Source of the DNA: Ascoidea asiatica JCM 7603
Taxonomy: Eukaryota > Fungi > Ascomycota
Assembly (NCBI GenBank): GCA_001600695.1
Contig: BCKQ01000008.1
Location: 338,569-402,568 of the forward strand
DNA: 64,000 bases
Direction: 5' to 3'
The translations under genes and the position numbers were made by a program. Of the stretch, positions 1 through 13,119 are shown in pieces (positions within the stretch are counted from its first letter, which is position 1; every line of letters begins with the position of its first letter). Under the pieces are notes generated by a model. It did not search any database, had not been told where the DNA came from, and saw only the letters and a list, made by a program, of their open reading frames with translations.

Positions 1-2911
1 TGATTTCAGAAGATTGAAATTTTAAACCATCATTTTTTAATGAATTATTATTATTAGAACTTTTTATTTCTTTTAAAATATCATGATTTTCTTTTAAATC
101 AATATTTTCTGTAGTAATTTCAATATTGTTATTAAATTCATCCTTTATTGGATCAGTAGATATTGTAGGATGTTCTACTAAATCTGTTTTATCAAGTTCA
201 GAATCTCCATATTCAGTTGTATACTCTTTAATAAGTAATTGAATATCTTCATTATTTCTAGTTAAGTAATATTCTAAAAGTTCAGTTTTTATATTTAAAA
301 TTGGAGCAATTTGATCATTAGATTCTATTTTTGGTTTAAGATTTGATTTCCAAATGGATAATGCAATTCCAATTAATTCTTTCATAGAAATATTAATAAA
401 TTTTAATTCTAAATTTATTTTATAATTTTTGAAAAAATTTTGATGAAATTCAATAATTAATTTTAAATCATTTATAACAGTATCTAATAAAGGAAATTGT
501 AAAATAAAATTAAATAAAGTAACAAATGAACTTAATGGATATGTAAAAATTGAATTAATTTGATAAAAAGAAATATTTTTACATTGTCTTGTTAATTTTA
601 AAATTTCTCTTGAATATTCAAGACATTTTTTAAAAGAATCTATTGAAAGTAAACTATAATTTGGATTTTCAATTCTATTTTTTGATTTATTTATATTATC
701 CCAAGGTATTTGAAAAGCCATTCTATTAATTGTCATTAAATGAAAAAAATAATTAAAATGTAATTTTAAAACATTAAAACGATATTCATTAATTGTAAAA
801 TCTAATTTATTTTTTGAATCTTTTAAATTTATTTTTATAATAATTCCAGGTAATAAATTTTTTGGAAAAATTGAATTTTTCCAATTTATTAAATCATTTG
901 ATAATTTTATAATTATAGTTAATAAATCATTAATTGATTTATTATTTGAATTATTAACAGAAAATAAATTTTTATAAATTTTATTTGAAATTAATGAAAA
1001 TGAATATAAAGCATAAAAATACCAAATTGAGAAACCAAAAGCATTTTCTAATGGAATTAATTTTAAATATTTATCAAAATTTATATCATTAATTTGTTCA
1101 AATAAAATTAAAGAATTATTTGAAGAATTATTTAAAGAATTATTTAAAGAATTATTTTTTTTATTTAAAATTTTTAAAATTGGAATTATATAATCATTTT
1201 TTGAAATTATATTTGAATCTAAATCATTTATTAATGGAGGTTTACCAGTTTCAATAGATTGAATTTTATCAAAAGAATATAATAAAGACCAAAGAGATTT
1301 TCTAACATTTTTATTAATTTCATTTAAACCAATTAATGAATTTTTATTATTTAAATTAATTTCAAAAGCAAATCTTATACAAGTTGAAAATAAATTATAA
1401 TTTAAATTTGAAATTGATAAATCTTTATTAAATATAAATAATAATAAAATTGCTTGAACAGATTTTAAACCATCAGAAATTATTGAAATTTTATGATAAT
1501 AATAAATTGAGGATATATAAAATTTATTTAATAAATTTAATAATTTTTTTTCAGATAATTTAAAAAGTAAATTATCATTTTTTTTAAATAAAATTTTATC
1601 ATTATTAAAAAAATTATTTTGATTTATTGAAATTACAAATTTTATTGAAAAACAAATAATTAAATTAATAATTAAATAATCCGAATTTGAGATTTTTTTA
1701 ATTGAAATTTTTTTTTTATTATTTTTATTATTTTTATTATTTTTAATTTTATTTTTGTTTTTGTTATTATTATCATTATTATTATAAATTTTAAAATAAG
1801 AATTTTTAAAAATTTCATTAATATCATAAAAATATAATATATAATATGGAGTATGAATAAATTTAGAAATATCTAAAACAGAATTTATAAAAATTATATT
1901 TGGTAAAGATAAATTTAAATTAATTTTATTTAAATTTAATGAATAATTTATCCAAATTTTTGAAAAATTATTAAAAATTTTAAATAAATAAGTATAAATT
2001 AAAGATAAAGTTTTTAATAAATTTTTTTTAATTGAATTATTATTATTATTATTGTTATTGTTATTGTCATTGAAATTATCTAAGATCCATTGAATACCAT
2101 TTGAAGTGAATATTGAAAATGAAGGATGAGTTGATTGAACATTTCTATCTTTGAAGAAATTTTTATTACTATTATTGTTATTGTTATTGTTATTGTTATT
2201 ATTATCATCTGAATTGTTTTCTTCATTTGAATTAGAGTTATTTTTATTTATTATATTAAATGAAATACTATCATTATCTAAATAACTATATTTATTGTTA
2301 TTATTATTATTATTAGATGATGAAGATGAAGAAGAAGAAGAATCTAGTTTATTTATGAGTAAATTTAATTTTTCATTAAGTAAAATGAAATTTTTATCAT
2401 TATTATATAATTTATTATCATTGATATTATTTGAAGTGTTATTATTATCCAGATTATCATTGATATTATAATTTGTATTATGTGAGTTAGATAAATTATG
2501 TAATTGAGATAAATTAGTAATATTTTTTAAATCAAATTGATAATCATTTTCATTTTTAAAATCATTTAATAATGTATTATTATTATTATTATTATTATTA
2601 ATATTATTTTTATTAAATTTTTGTTTAAAGATATAATTATAAGTACAAGATTGAGATAAATTTAAACAATTTAAACATGGAAATTTTCCATTACATTTTC
2701 TTTTTCTTTTTCTACAATAATCACAAGCTTTTGAAACTCTTTGTCTTTTATTTTTATTTTTTAAATTATTATTATCATTTTCATTGTTGTTATCGTTATT
2801 ATTAGTATCATTGGATTTATTATTTGTATTGGCGGTATTATTACTAATATTGGCGTTATCATTTTCATTATCACTTGAAATTGATTGATTATCAGTATTA
2901 TTATGAATCAT
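1..2911 (-). CDS. Zn(II)2Cys6 transcription factor, Pdr1/Pdr3-like; 3' end runs off the window (absent from ORF track)
   Basis: ATG at 2911 (minus). Manual translation gives RQRVSKACDYCRKRKRKCNGKFPCLNCLNLSQSC (~2640-2745), close to the Pdr1 zinc cluster. A fungal TF middle-homology-like segment SLWSLLYSFDKIQSIETGKPPLI lies at ~1230-1300. The frame is still open at the left edge. Confidence 0.85.
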   Translation of the reverse strand, partial: MIHNNTDNQSISSDNENDNANISNNTANTNNKSNDTNNNDNNNENDNNNLKNKNKRQRVSKACDYCRKRKRKCNGKFPCLNCLNLSQSCTYNYIFKQKFNKNNINNNNNNNNTLLNDFKNENDYQFDLKNITNLSQLHNLSNSHNTNYNINDNLDNNNTSNNINDNKLYNNDKNFILLNEKLNLLINKLDSSSSSSSSSNNNNNNNKYSYLDNDSISFNIINKNNSNSNEENNSDDNNNNNNNNNNNSNKNFFKDRNVQSTHPSFSIFTSNGIQWILDNFNDNNNNNNNNNNSIKKNLLKTLSLIYTYLFKIFNNFSKIWINYSLNLNKINLNLSLPNIIFINSVLDISKFIHTPYYILYFYDINEIFKNSYFKIYNNNDNNNKNKNKIKNNKNNKNNKKKISIKKISNSDYLIINLIICFSIKFVISINQNNFFNNDKILFKKNDNLLFKLSEKKLLNLLNKFYISSIYYYHKISIISDGLKSVQAILLLFIFNKDLSISNLNYNLFSTCIRFAFEINLNNKNSLIGLNEINKNVRKSLWSLLYSFDKIQSIETGKPPLINDLDSNIISKNDYIIPILKILNKKNNSLNNSLNNSSNNSLILFEQINDINFDKYLKLIPLENAFGFSIWYFYALYSFSLISNKIYKNLFSVNNSNNKSINDLLTIIIKLSNDLINWKNSIFPKNLLPGIIIKINLKDSKNKLDFTINEYRFNVLKLHFNYFFHLMTINRMAFQIPWDNINKSKNRIENPNYSLLSIDSFKKCLEYSREILKLTRQCKNISFYQINSIFTYPLSSFVTLFNFILQFPLLDTVINDLKLIIEFHQNFFKNYKINLELKFINISMKELIGIALSIWKSNLKPKIESNDQIAPILNIKTELLEYYLTRNNEDIQLLIKEYTTEYGDSELDKTDLVEHPTISTDPIKDEFNNNIEITTENIDLKENHDILKEIKSSNNNNSLKNDGLKFQSSEI

Positions 2912-3043
2912 TTTTAAAGAGTTGGATTGAATTAAGATATTAAATTGAATAAATTAAGAATGATATAAAATTTTAGCATTTTTAATAGTATTTGTACTTA
3001 ATATATATATAAATAAGTAAGACCAAAAAAAAGGGATTATAAA

Positions 3044-3044
<1 letters not shown>

Positions 3045-3080
<36 letters not shown>
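3045..3080. repeat. (TTGA)9 microsatellite
   Basis: Read directly from the sequence. Confidence 0.95.
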
Positions 3081-4182
3081 CTATCTATGTAGGATACGTA
3101 ATAGCGATAGTAATTGAATTAGAATTAGAATTGAAATACCATAAATAGTTTAATGTTTTCAGAATTCAATATATCATTTGATATTATAAAGAATTGAAAG
3201 AATATTTAACAATATTTGAATGAATTGATAATATTTATTGTTGTTTATTGTTGTTTATTGTTTTGTTTATTATTGTTGTTTGAATATCTTTTAGCTATTT
3301 TAAGATCTTTTAAAGATTTTTACAAGTTGTTTTTTTAGCTTTGTTTTTACTTCTTTGAAGCTGTAAAAATTCTAAAAACGGCAGATTCTTTTCAGATTCT
3401 TTTCGGATCAAAAATTCTAAATTTAAGGCTAAAGAAAACACACACAAAGGGTCACCTGATGCGGCTAGTAGCCGAGCCGACCAGCTCAGTTCCGGGTCAC
3501 CTGCTTTAAGAGCCCTAAAGCACACGTGGTATTGCTTCATTGACATGTGACATGGTGTGGTTTACTCAAACCTCAAAAGATATTGGAGGTCTGACAATTG
3601 CAAGTGCAATTAGTTTCCTCTTTGGGTTTTTGTCTCAACGGTTCCGGCATTCCGATGCCGGGTGGTGTCTCAGTGGCGCTTGCCTGCCCAATGGCACCAG
3701 AGCGGTGGAAGAACAAAGGCGCCTAAAGTGCATGTGACAAAGCGCTTGTTTTCTTTGGACTTATTTGTCAAGTTACTCAGCTGGTTTGCGGAGGTGAATC
3801 CCTATAATTGCAGGGCTGCCGACGGGTTTGATTCCTCTCATTTGCCGGCTGATTGTTAATCATTTTATTCTTTTATTGGAATTGTCTTCGAATATTCTAG
3901 GCTATTCTTAGACTTTCTAAGATTGCAAAGATTGTTCTACGACTACATTCTATTGCGTTCTCCGAACTTCCGTGTGCATGTTAAATGTACTAGAACGTTC
4001 TGGGTCTGCATTATTTATTCTTTCTTCGAAGTTCTGTGTGCATCTCGAATGTACTGGAATCTTCGTGTTTGTTCTTGGACTGACGTAGTGTCTTCTAGAT
4101 CAATACTTTATTTTATTTCTTTTTTTAAGTATGGGAAGTGAACTTTCACATACTAAATTTACAAATTTATTCTTAAGATGGG

Positions 4183-4189
4183 TTACCCG
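4183..4189 (+). promoter_or_regulatory. Reb1-type site TTACCCG (also CCGGGTAA 20313-20320 upstream of MRPL22 and CGGGTAA 53708-53714)
   Basis: Match to the Reb1 consensus TTACCCG in intergenic DNA. Confidence 0.45.
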
Positions 4190-4593
4190 CTTCCATTTTC
4201 CACTAATATAAATAGGGCACTTACCTCCCATATTTTTTATTGTTTAAAATTTGAATTAGATATCTTCTTAGTAATAATTTGATATTTCGTTCGAACTTCA
4301 ATCACGGCTAAGGTTTCTGCACAGGGCCTGCTGCACCTCCTTTTCCGCAGGGTTTTTTGGCCTGTCAGGCTGGGCTTGCCGTGCGCAGCGTCGCAATTTG
4401 TTGCCCCAAACGCTCTGCCGCGGCTTTCCAGGCCTTTTCACTTCTCTCAACTCAGTTACATTTTTAGTGCCCTGAGTGTCTCACTTTCTTCTTTCTTTTC
4501 TTCTTCTTTCTTTCTTCTTTCTTTCTTTTAGATCCAAATCGTAAATTCAGAAAACCTTCAAATTCAAATTCAAATTCAAATTCAGATCACAAT

Positions 4594-4711
4594 GACTAAC
4601 GTTACATACTAATTTACATACTAATTTACATACTAATTTACATACTAATTACTACTAATTTACATACTAATTTACTACTAATTACTGTTTTGCCACTAAT
4701 TCTTTACTAAA
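4594..4711 (+). repeat. Degenerate ~12-bp tandem repeat (TTTACATACTAA) containing 7 TACTAAT
   Basis: TACTAAT at 4607, 4619, 4631, 4643, 4653, 4665 and 4676; GACTAAC at 4594; CACTAAT at 4694. Confidence 0.9.
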
Positions 4712-5841
4712 TAATAATAACAGTAATAATAATACAAATAAAAACAGTTTTTTCAATTTTTTGTAAATATTTGCCGTAAAAAAAACATTGGTACCTTTCA
4801 AGAATGAAATAAATCAACTAACTTTCTTAACTCTTATTAAATATATATATAAATAAATGAAAGGAATTTGATTATTTGAATTGAAATAATCAAAAACTAA
4901 TTAATAATATTTATAAATGACTAAAAAGAAAATTAGATATTTTTAACCTATTTTTGTAAAAAAAAGTGATTGAAATTTGTAATTGAAATTAAAATTTGAA
5001 ATTAAAATTTGAAATAGACAGGCACTTAATTTTTATAAAACAAGACATAAAAAAAAAAAAACATCAAAGAAAAAAAAAAAAAACATCATTTTTTGTAAAA
5101 GAATTTTATCAATTTATATAATTTATCACATTGTATTCAAAATATCATTATACATTCATTATTATACATTCATTAGAATATATTCATTAGAATATATTCA
5201 TTATAATTAAATAATAATTTTAAAAAATATTTCAAATTTAACAGGTTATTAAATTTTAAATCATTCATTTTAAAAATTATTTTATTTTTTTCTTTTATTT
5301 TATTATTTATTCAAAATTTATTCTCTTATTCTCTTTTTATTCTCTTTTTACTCTCTTTTTACTAATTTCACTTAAATAATATCTTTTATTCTTATTCTAA
5401 TTCTTATTCTTATTCTTATTTCATTTATATTAAAATAATAATAAGAACAGTAGAAATAATTTCAATAAATCTTTTCTTCATTTATTTACTACTTCCCTTA
5501 AATTCAACTTCATCGCCGTTTATTCTCACTTTATTCACTTTATTACTTTATTAACTACTTTATTCATTATATTCATTATTCATTACCGTTATAAACTAGT
5601 AGTAAACTAAACTAGTATATTATATTACTACTACTACTTTATTACTACTTTATTACCACTTTATTACCACTATTCTTTTATACTCAAAACAATATTTTGA
5701 TAATAAGCAACTATCAATATTTCTTATTTCTTATTTCTTATTTATCCTTTCCATCTATTTATTAATCTATATAAATAATTATTTATCTAATTATTTTATT
5801 ATTTATGTATTTACTTATATATCTATTTTTCTAATGTAATA

Positions 5842-7177
5842 ATGCTTAATATAATGAATAAAAATAATAATAATAATATTAATACTAATACTATTACTAA
5901 TTCAAATTCAAATACAAATACAACTACTACAAATAATCATCTCAATAATGACAATAATCTAATCAAAAATAAAGATAATAATAAAGAAGAAAATGATCTT
6001 AATAACAATAACAATAACAATAACAATAACAATAATTTAGAATTTAATTTATTTGATTTCAAATTAGATAATTTAGATTCAAATTCAAATTTAAATTCAA
6101 ATTTAAATTCAAATTCAAATTCAAATTCAATTTCAAATGTTTATTTTTCTGCAAAAGAATTATTATCTTTTAAACCAAGAATTGAAAATAGATCTTTAAG
6201 AAAAAAAATTAACGCTGATACTTTTTCAAATAATATAACTATAAATTCATTTTTAAAAGATGATGAATTAGATAATATTTTTAATCTTATTAATACTAAT
6301 ACAAATACAAATACAAATATTAATGAAAATGAAAATGAAAATGATATGAATAACGACAATAATGAAGATGATGATTATTTATCTATATTTAATAATTTAG
6401 AAAATTCAAATATTAATTTATCCTTAAATAACAATAATAATAATAATGAAGACACTGATAATAAGAAAGATAAAATATTAAATGAATTAACTAATAATAC
6501 AAACATTAATGAAAATGAAAATAAAAATGAAATTAAAAATGAAATTAAAAATGAAATAAAAAATGAAGAAATTCAAAATAAAAAATCTATTGATGAAATT
6601 AAATTTAAATCTCCAAAAAGTCCAAATAATTTATCAAGTCCAAATAATAAATTATCTCCTTTAAATAATTCTTCAATTTCTCCATTAAATAATAGTCCAA
6701 AAAATAATTTAAGTCCAAAAAACAATTCATTAAAAAAAAAATCAATAACTGATTGTTCAAATTGTCATACAACTAAAACTCCTTTATGGAGAAGAGATTC
6801 AAATGGTAATACTCTTTGTAATGCTTGTGGTTTATTTCAAAAATTACATGGTACATTGAGACCATTATCTTTAAAAACTGATATTATTAAAAAAAGAACT
6901 TCAAAAAGATCTTTATTAAATAATTTAAATTCAAATTTATTATCAAATTCTTTTTTAAATCAAAATCAAAATCAAAATTCAAATTCAAATTCAAATTCAA
7001 ACACTAATTCAAATACTAATAGCAACAACAACAACAACAACAATAGTAGTTCTAGCGCCAATACTACTACTTCAAATAATGGAAACTCTTCAAATGATAA
7101 TTTATATTCAATTTTAACAAAGAAATTCCATGCATATTCAAATGAATTTTATCCAAATTCAATTTCAAATCAACTAG

Positions 7178-7221
<44 letters not shown>

Positions 7222-8046
7222 GATGGAAATAATTATATATATACTTCAATGAATAATAAAACAAAAAATGTTCCAATTTTACCAAAACCACTTTCTTCAA
7301 CTAATTTATTAACAGCTCCAAGTTCAATATCAAATTATGAAAAACATAGTAATATTAAAAGAAGAAGAAGTAGTGGATATTCTTCAAGATCTTCAAATAA
7401 TTTAATCAATAGTCTTTCATCAATTCCAATTCCAATTCCAATTCCAATTCCTAATAATAATAATAATAATAATAATTCCAATTCAAACATTAAAAATAAT
7501 TCTAATAATTTATCAAGTAGTATACCAAATAATATGCCTGGATATAATTTTTCTCTAAATTTTAATAATCTGGCAAATAATTCAATCTCTGGTTCTTCTT
7601 CAAGTTTAAATAATGGTCCATATAATATTATCAATAATAATAATAATAGTAATATTCCTTCTCATCAACAATTTTCAACTTCTGATCAATATTTATATAA
7701 TCCAAATTTCAATTATAATAATTCAAATAATAATCTGAATACAAATTTAAATAAAAATTCAATTAATAATAATATCAATATTAATATGAATAATACAAAT
7801 AATAAAGGTATTAGAAATAGTTCTAATGCATCACCATTAAATTCAGTTTCATCATCATTACAATCTGTATCTACTTTAAATTCATTAAATTCAGCTGGTA
7901 ATCCAAATAGTATCGCAATCAATAATAACAATAATAATAATAATATATCCGGAACTTTTCTTAATAATTCTAGTAATAGTTCTTCAAGTAATTTATTTTC
8001 ATCATCTTTACCAAATAATTATCAAATGCCTAATAATAATTCTAAC

Positions 8047-8097
<51 letters not shown>

Positions 8098-8682
8098 CAA
8101 CGAAATTCTTATCAAAATGGATATGGACTTCAATTTAATAATCCAAATACTACTAATAATAACAATAATAATAACAATATAAATATCAATTATAGGAGTA
8201 ATTCAATATCTCAACCTTTCAGTCAATATAATAATAACAACAATAATAATAATAATACATTTTCCAACAATCAATATGGAAATCTTAGTGGTGCAAGTAG
8301 TTGTAATAATTTAAAACAAACTGTTAATATGAATAATCAACCATTTAACTCAAATCAAAATTGGCTTCGTCATCAAAGTAAAAGTTTTTCTTTCAATCCT
8401 CCATTAAATAATAATGGTAATAACAATAATAATAGCAATAATAATAACTTCAACAATAACAATGGTACTAATATTAATAATAATAACAATAATAATAATA
8501 AAAATAGTAACAATCTCAATAATGGTAATATAAAAAGTAATAATAGTGGAAATACTGATACAAATACAAATAATGCTACAAAAAATAGTGGAAATGAAAT
8601 AAATAGTACTGGAAATGGGTGTAAAACTAAGGATAAAGCGTTTAATTTAGGTGATTTGGATTGGTTACAATTTGAAATATAA
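5842..8682 (+). CDS. GLN3: GATA-type nitrogen-regulatory transcription activator, very Asn-rich
   Basis: GATA finger [48 protein letters not shown]; N-terminal [10 protein letters not shown] motif; C-terminal DLDWLQFEI resembles the Gln3 end (LDWLKFGI). Confidence 0.85.
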
Positions 8683-9143
8683 TAACTTTAATTTTATTTT
8701 TTCTTGATTCATTTCATTTTTTCTTTCTTCGATTCAAATTTATTGAATAATTAATTTCATTTTTCTAACTTTTTTTCCTTTTTTTTTTTTATCAAAAATT
8801 TTTCACTTTTGTTTTACTTTCTTTTTTCAGTTACAAAAAACTTTTTTTTTATTTAAAATATAGATCCTTTTTAATAATTTCCTAATAATAATTTTTTTGA
8901 TTTTTCATCTTTTTGTCTTTATTTATTTTCTTATTATTTTCTTTTATTGTTTTGTGTTTTTTTGTGTTTTTGTGTTTCTTGTGTTTTTTTGTAAGGTGTA
9001 ACATTATCAATTTGTCAATTAAAAGCTTTTTTGGAAAAGAAAAAAAAAAAAAAAATCGTTTATTTATTCACTCACTTTTTAATTATTAATCAATAAACTA
9101 ATCTGCTTTTTTTTTTTTTAAATATATTAATAATGTAGTTTGA

Positions 9144-9692
9144 TTATTTACGTATAAGAAGATATATTTTATCTTGTTTTAAAGAAGATAAACTTCTATA
9201 AGAACCTTCTAAACACATTAATAAACCACCAAAAGAAGCATAAACTTTAATTAAATTATCACCATTTTCATCATTTTTATTTTTTTTATTTGAATTTGAT
9301 TCATCAAATTTATATATTGTTCCAAACATAACATAATCATAATCATCAGATAAATCTTTATTACCATTATTAGGATTATTACCAATACTATTAATACCAT
9401 TATTATTAATTTCTTTATATGAATTTGGGAAACTTGTACTTTGACTAAAACTTGAAGTTGGTCTCCAACCAATATTTTTAAAATCTTCAGTTTCATCTTC
9501 TGTTAATGAAGAAGCTAAAGCAATTGAAATTTCTTCATTTTCTTCAATAGGATAAATCTCAGAATTTATATCTAAAGTGATTTTTATAGCTCCTGAAGTT
9601 GTTGAAGTTGCAATTAATCTTGTTATTCTATCATATCTTGCACTATCTGTGCTATTTACCATAAATCTATCATCAAATAAAGTCCTTGACAT
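9144..9692 (-). CDS. RPB8: RNA polymerase I/II/III shared subunit ABC14.5
   Basis: MSRTLFDDRF...ITLDINSEIYP...DDYDYVMFGTIYKF...VYASFGGLLMCLEG...IYLLIRK. Confidence 0.95.
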   Translation of the reverse strand: MSRTLFDDRFMVNSTDSARYDRITRLIATSTTSGAIKITLDINSEIYPIEENEEISIALASSLTEDETEDFKNIGWRPTSSFSQSTSFPNSYKEINNNGINSIGNNPNNGNKDLSDDYDYVMFGTIYKFDESNSNKKNKNDENGDNLIKVYASFGGLLMCLEGSYRSLSSLKQDKIYLLIRK

Positions 9693-10414
9693 TTTTTTTA
9701 ATTAAATATAATATGATACAATACAAAGCTCACTATAATACACACCCTTTGAAATTCTCTTCAACCTCCAATTTGAACTTGAACTCGTCACTCGTCTTCT
9801 ACTTCTTCTATTTCTTCTCCTTCCTCTGCTTCTTCTGCTGCTTCAACTTCTTCCATCGCCTTCATTTTCAGCTTCTTTCTAAAAATTTTCGTTCAGTGAT
9901 AAATTTCAGTTCCACTTCCGCAGCCGGAAATATCTATATCTGTTTTTTAAATCCTGAGTCCGGCAGCAAGACACTCTCCAACACGGATATTTTACACTTG
10001 CTTAGTCATCTTTAGTACTATGATTACATAACTCTTATTATTTTTCTAATTTCTTAAGGTTTGAAGGTTTGATCCTGCCGTAAAGTTTGAATCTCCAAAA
10101 TAATAGGAATAAAACAGTTTAAACTGCTTTTAACTTGGCTTTCTTCCCTCGAACACAATATATTCTTATTCTTAGTCTTATTCATAAGGATAAATAATTT
10201 ACTTATCACAGGTTTCTATGGAGAAATCGATTCAATAACTTAATCATTTATTTATTTATATATATACAAATATTCTTCATTCTTTATAATCATAATCATA
10301 TTCAAAGTTGAATTTTTATTCTATGAAAGTTAGTCAAACTAATATATATTTGTTTGTTTTGATTTCATTTATTGATAAATAATTAATTCAATAATTCAAT
10401 AATATATATTAAAA

Positions 10415-12619
10415 ATGTCTTTAACAAGTGATTTTTCAAATACTATAGCTCCATTAACAGTTTTATTAAAAGATAATGAAACTACAGCTTCAATATATCC
10501 AATAAATTCATTTGAAGAATTACCACCAGGTTTATTAGTATTTTTATGTGATGAATTTAATAATGAAATTGAAAAAGGTGAAACTTATCCATTTTTTGAT
10601 ACTTTAGATTTACAACTTTTTAAAGATTATTGGTTTGGTTCATTTTCTGCAATTATGTTATTAGGTGATTATAATGATAATTTAAATTATTCAATTTCAA
10701 AAGAATGGGAAAAAATTTGTCTTGGAACATTTTATATAAAACCAAATTATCCAGGTAGATGTTCACATATTTGTTCAGGTTCATTTTTAGTTAATGCAGG
10801 TATAAGAAATAAAGGTATTGGAAAAGTTTTAACAGAAACTTATTTAAATTGGGCTCCAAAATTAGGTTATTCATATGCAATATTTAATTTAGTTTTTGAT
10901 GTAAATTATTCCGCAAAACATATTTTTGAATCTTTTAATTTTAAAAAAATTGGTAAAATTAAAGGTGCAGGAATTTTAAAAGGTCATGAATCTGCAATTG
11001 ATGCAATAATTTATGGTAAAGAATTATCAACAATTTTAAGTACTGATAATGATCCAAATTTAAATTCTTCATCTTATAGATTTGATAAAATTAAATTTTA
11101 TTTAGAAACTGGTAAATATCCTCCATTAGCTGATAGACAAGAAAAATCAAGATTAAGATCATCTGCTGCTCATTATAAATTAATTGATGATAAATTAATG
11201 TTAAAAAATAGAGAAGTTATTAGTGATCCACAAAAACAATTTCAAATTTGTACTGAAGTTCATATGATTAATCATGGTGGTATAAATAAAACAACTGCTG
11301 CAATTGCAGAAAGATATCATTGGACAAGAATAAAAGATACTGTTGCTCAAGCTATAAGAAATTGTTTACAATGTAGAGAAACTGCAAATGCTTCAAATTC
11401 AATCTCAAATTTAAATAATTCAATACCTTCTAATAATAAATCTCAATCTCAATCTCAATCTCAATCTCAATCTCAATCTCAATCTCAATCTCAATCAAAT
11501 TCTCAAATTCAATTAAATTCTCAAAATCAATTACATTCTCATTCACAATCACGATCACCTTCTCGATCTCAAAATCAATCACAATCAATATCTCAATTAC
11601 AATCTCAAAGTCAATCTCAGAATCAATCTCAAGATCAAATTCAAGTTCAAAATGATAGTATAATTAATAGATCTAATTCAAATACTGCTCTTCGGCCATT
11701 AAGAATGAAACCAAATCAAAATCAGAATCAGAATCATAATCAAAATTATACCTTGATTGATTCAAATAACAATAGTAATAATAATAGTAATAATAATAGT
11801 AATAATAATAGTAATAATAATATTTCAAATCAAAATCAAATTCAAAATAATCAAATATCAAATTCTAATCAAAATGATTATCTTGGACCTTTAACATCAT
11901 TATTAGGTGGAAATGTTTCACAAAATTCCAATTCACAAAATTTTAATAGTATAATTACAAATGCATTACAAAATTTTGATGCAGAAAGTTCAATTTTAAA
12001 TGTACCTAGAGATAATTCTATTGGTTATAATTCAAATGATACAAATAATAATTCTAATTCAGATATAAATAATCTTAATAATCTTAATAATTTAAATAAT
12101 GAAATGATGGATACAAATAATAATTCTTTAAATTCTAGTCGTAATGATTCTAGAATTAATTTAAATAATAAACATTCCCTTGATAATGATGATGAAGATG
12201 AGGAAGAAGAAGATGATGAGGAAGAAGAAGAAGAAGATAATGATGATAATGGAGATAACGATGGAAATAATTTAGATAAAACATCAGCTTATAATATTGA
12301 ACATATAATTCAAACATCCTTAGGACAATCATTAGGACAATCATTTTCATCAAATTCTAATTTAAATTCAAATTTAATTCAACATATGAATAGATCTAAT
12401 AATTCAAGTTTATCAGAAGAAGAAAATGTAGATGATAATGATAATGATAATGATAATGATAATGAAAATGAAAATGAAAATGAAGGTAATCCAAGAAAAA
12501 TAAGAAAATTATTAAATCATTCAAATAATAGTCAAAATATTTCAATTAATCAATATTCTTCACAAAATTCTAATAATCATAGAAATTCTAGTGCGAATCG
12601 TATGAATAATAATAATAGC

Positions 12620-12661
<42 letters not shown>

Positions 12662-12673
12662 TACAATAATTAG
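10415..12673 (+). CDS. SPT10: Histone-gene activator / putative histone acetyltransferase (GNAT + H2C2 zinc finger), with SQ- and N-rich tail
   Basis: GTFYIKPNYPGRCSHICSGSFLV GNAT motif; HMINHGGINKTT...YHW...C-x2-C integrase-like finger. Confidence 0.92.
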
Positions 12674-13119
12674 CATTAATTAAAAATGAATTTCAAATAA
12701 TTATTTTGAAATTTATTTTATTTCTCAAATATTCATTATTATTACATTATATATTTCAAATATTAAATAATATTAAAATAGTATTATTAATTTTGTTCTA
12801 TCGGATAAACCCGTTTTGTAAAAGTTACTCCAAATTTAATTTAAGAAATAATCCGAAATGCGGAAAAACAACGGAGAAGCAACGGAAAAACTCAAATAGG
12901 AAAATTTAAGATATTGAAAAATGATAAGATAAGGAAAATGAAATTTTTATGAAATCATTTGTTATTGATTTTATTAAATGGATTTATATATAAACTGAAA
13001 CAAAAAAACAAAAATCTAGATATTATTATAAATGAATTCTATGATAACTGATAAATAAGATAAGATATATGAAATATGTAAAATATGTAAAATATGTAGA
13101 ATATGTAGAATATATAAAA

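Noticed and set aside
3310-4141. Short ORFs in the GC island (3310, 3540, 3662, 3923)
   Set aside because: Several have non-ATG starts, codon use is atypical and there are no motifs; they are open only because GC-rich DNA has fewer stops.
11240-11390. Integrase-like H2C2 finger suggesting a retrotransposon
   Set aside because: It is the normal Spt10 DNA-binding domain; no LTR, RT or integrase core is present.
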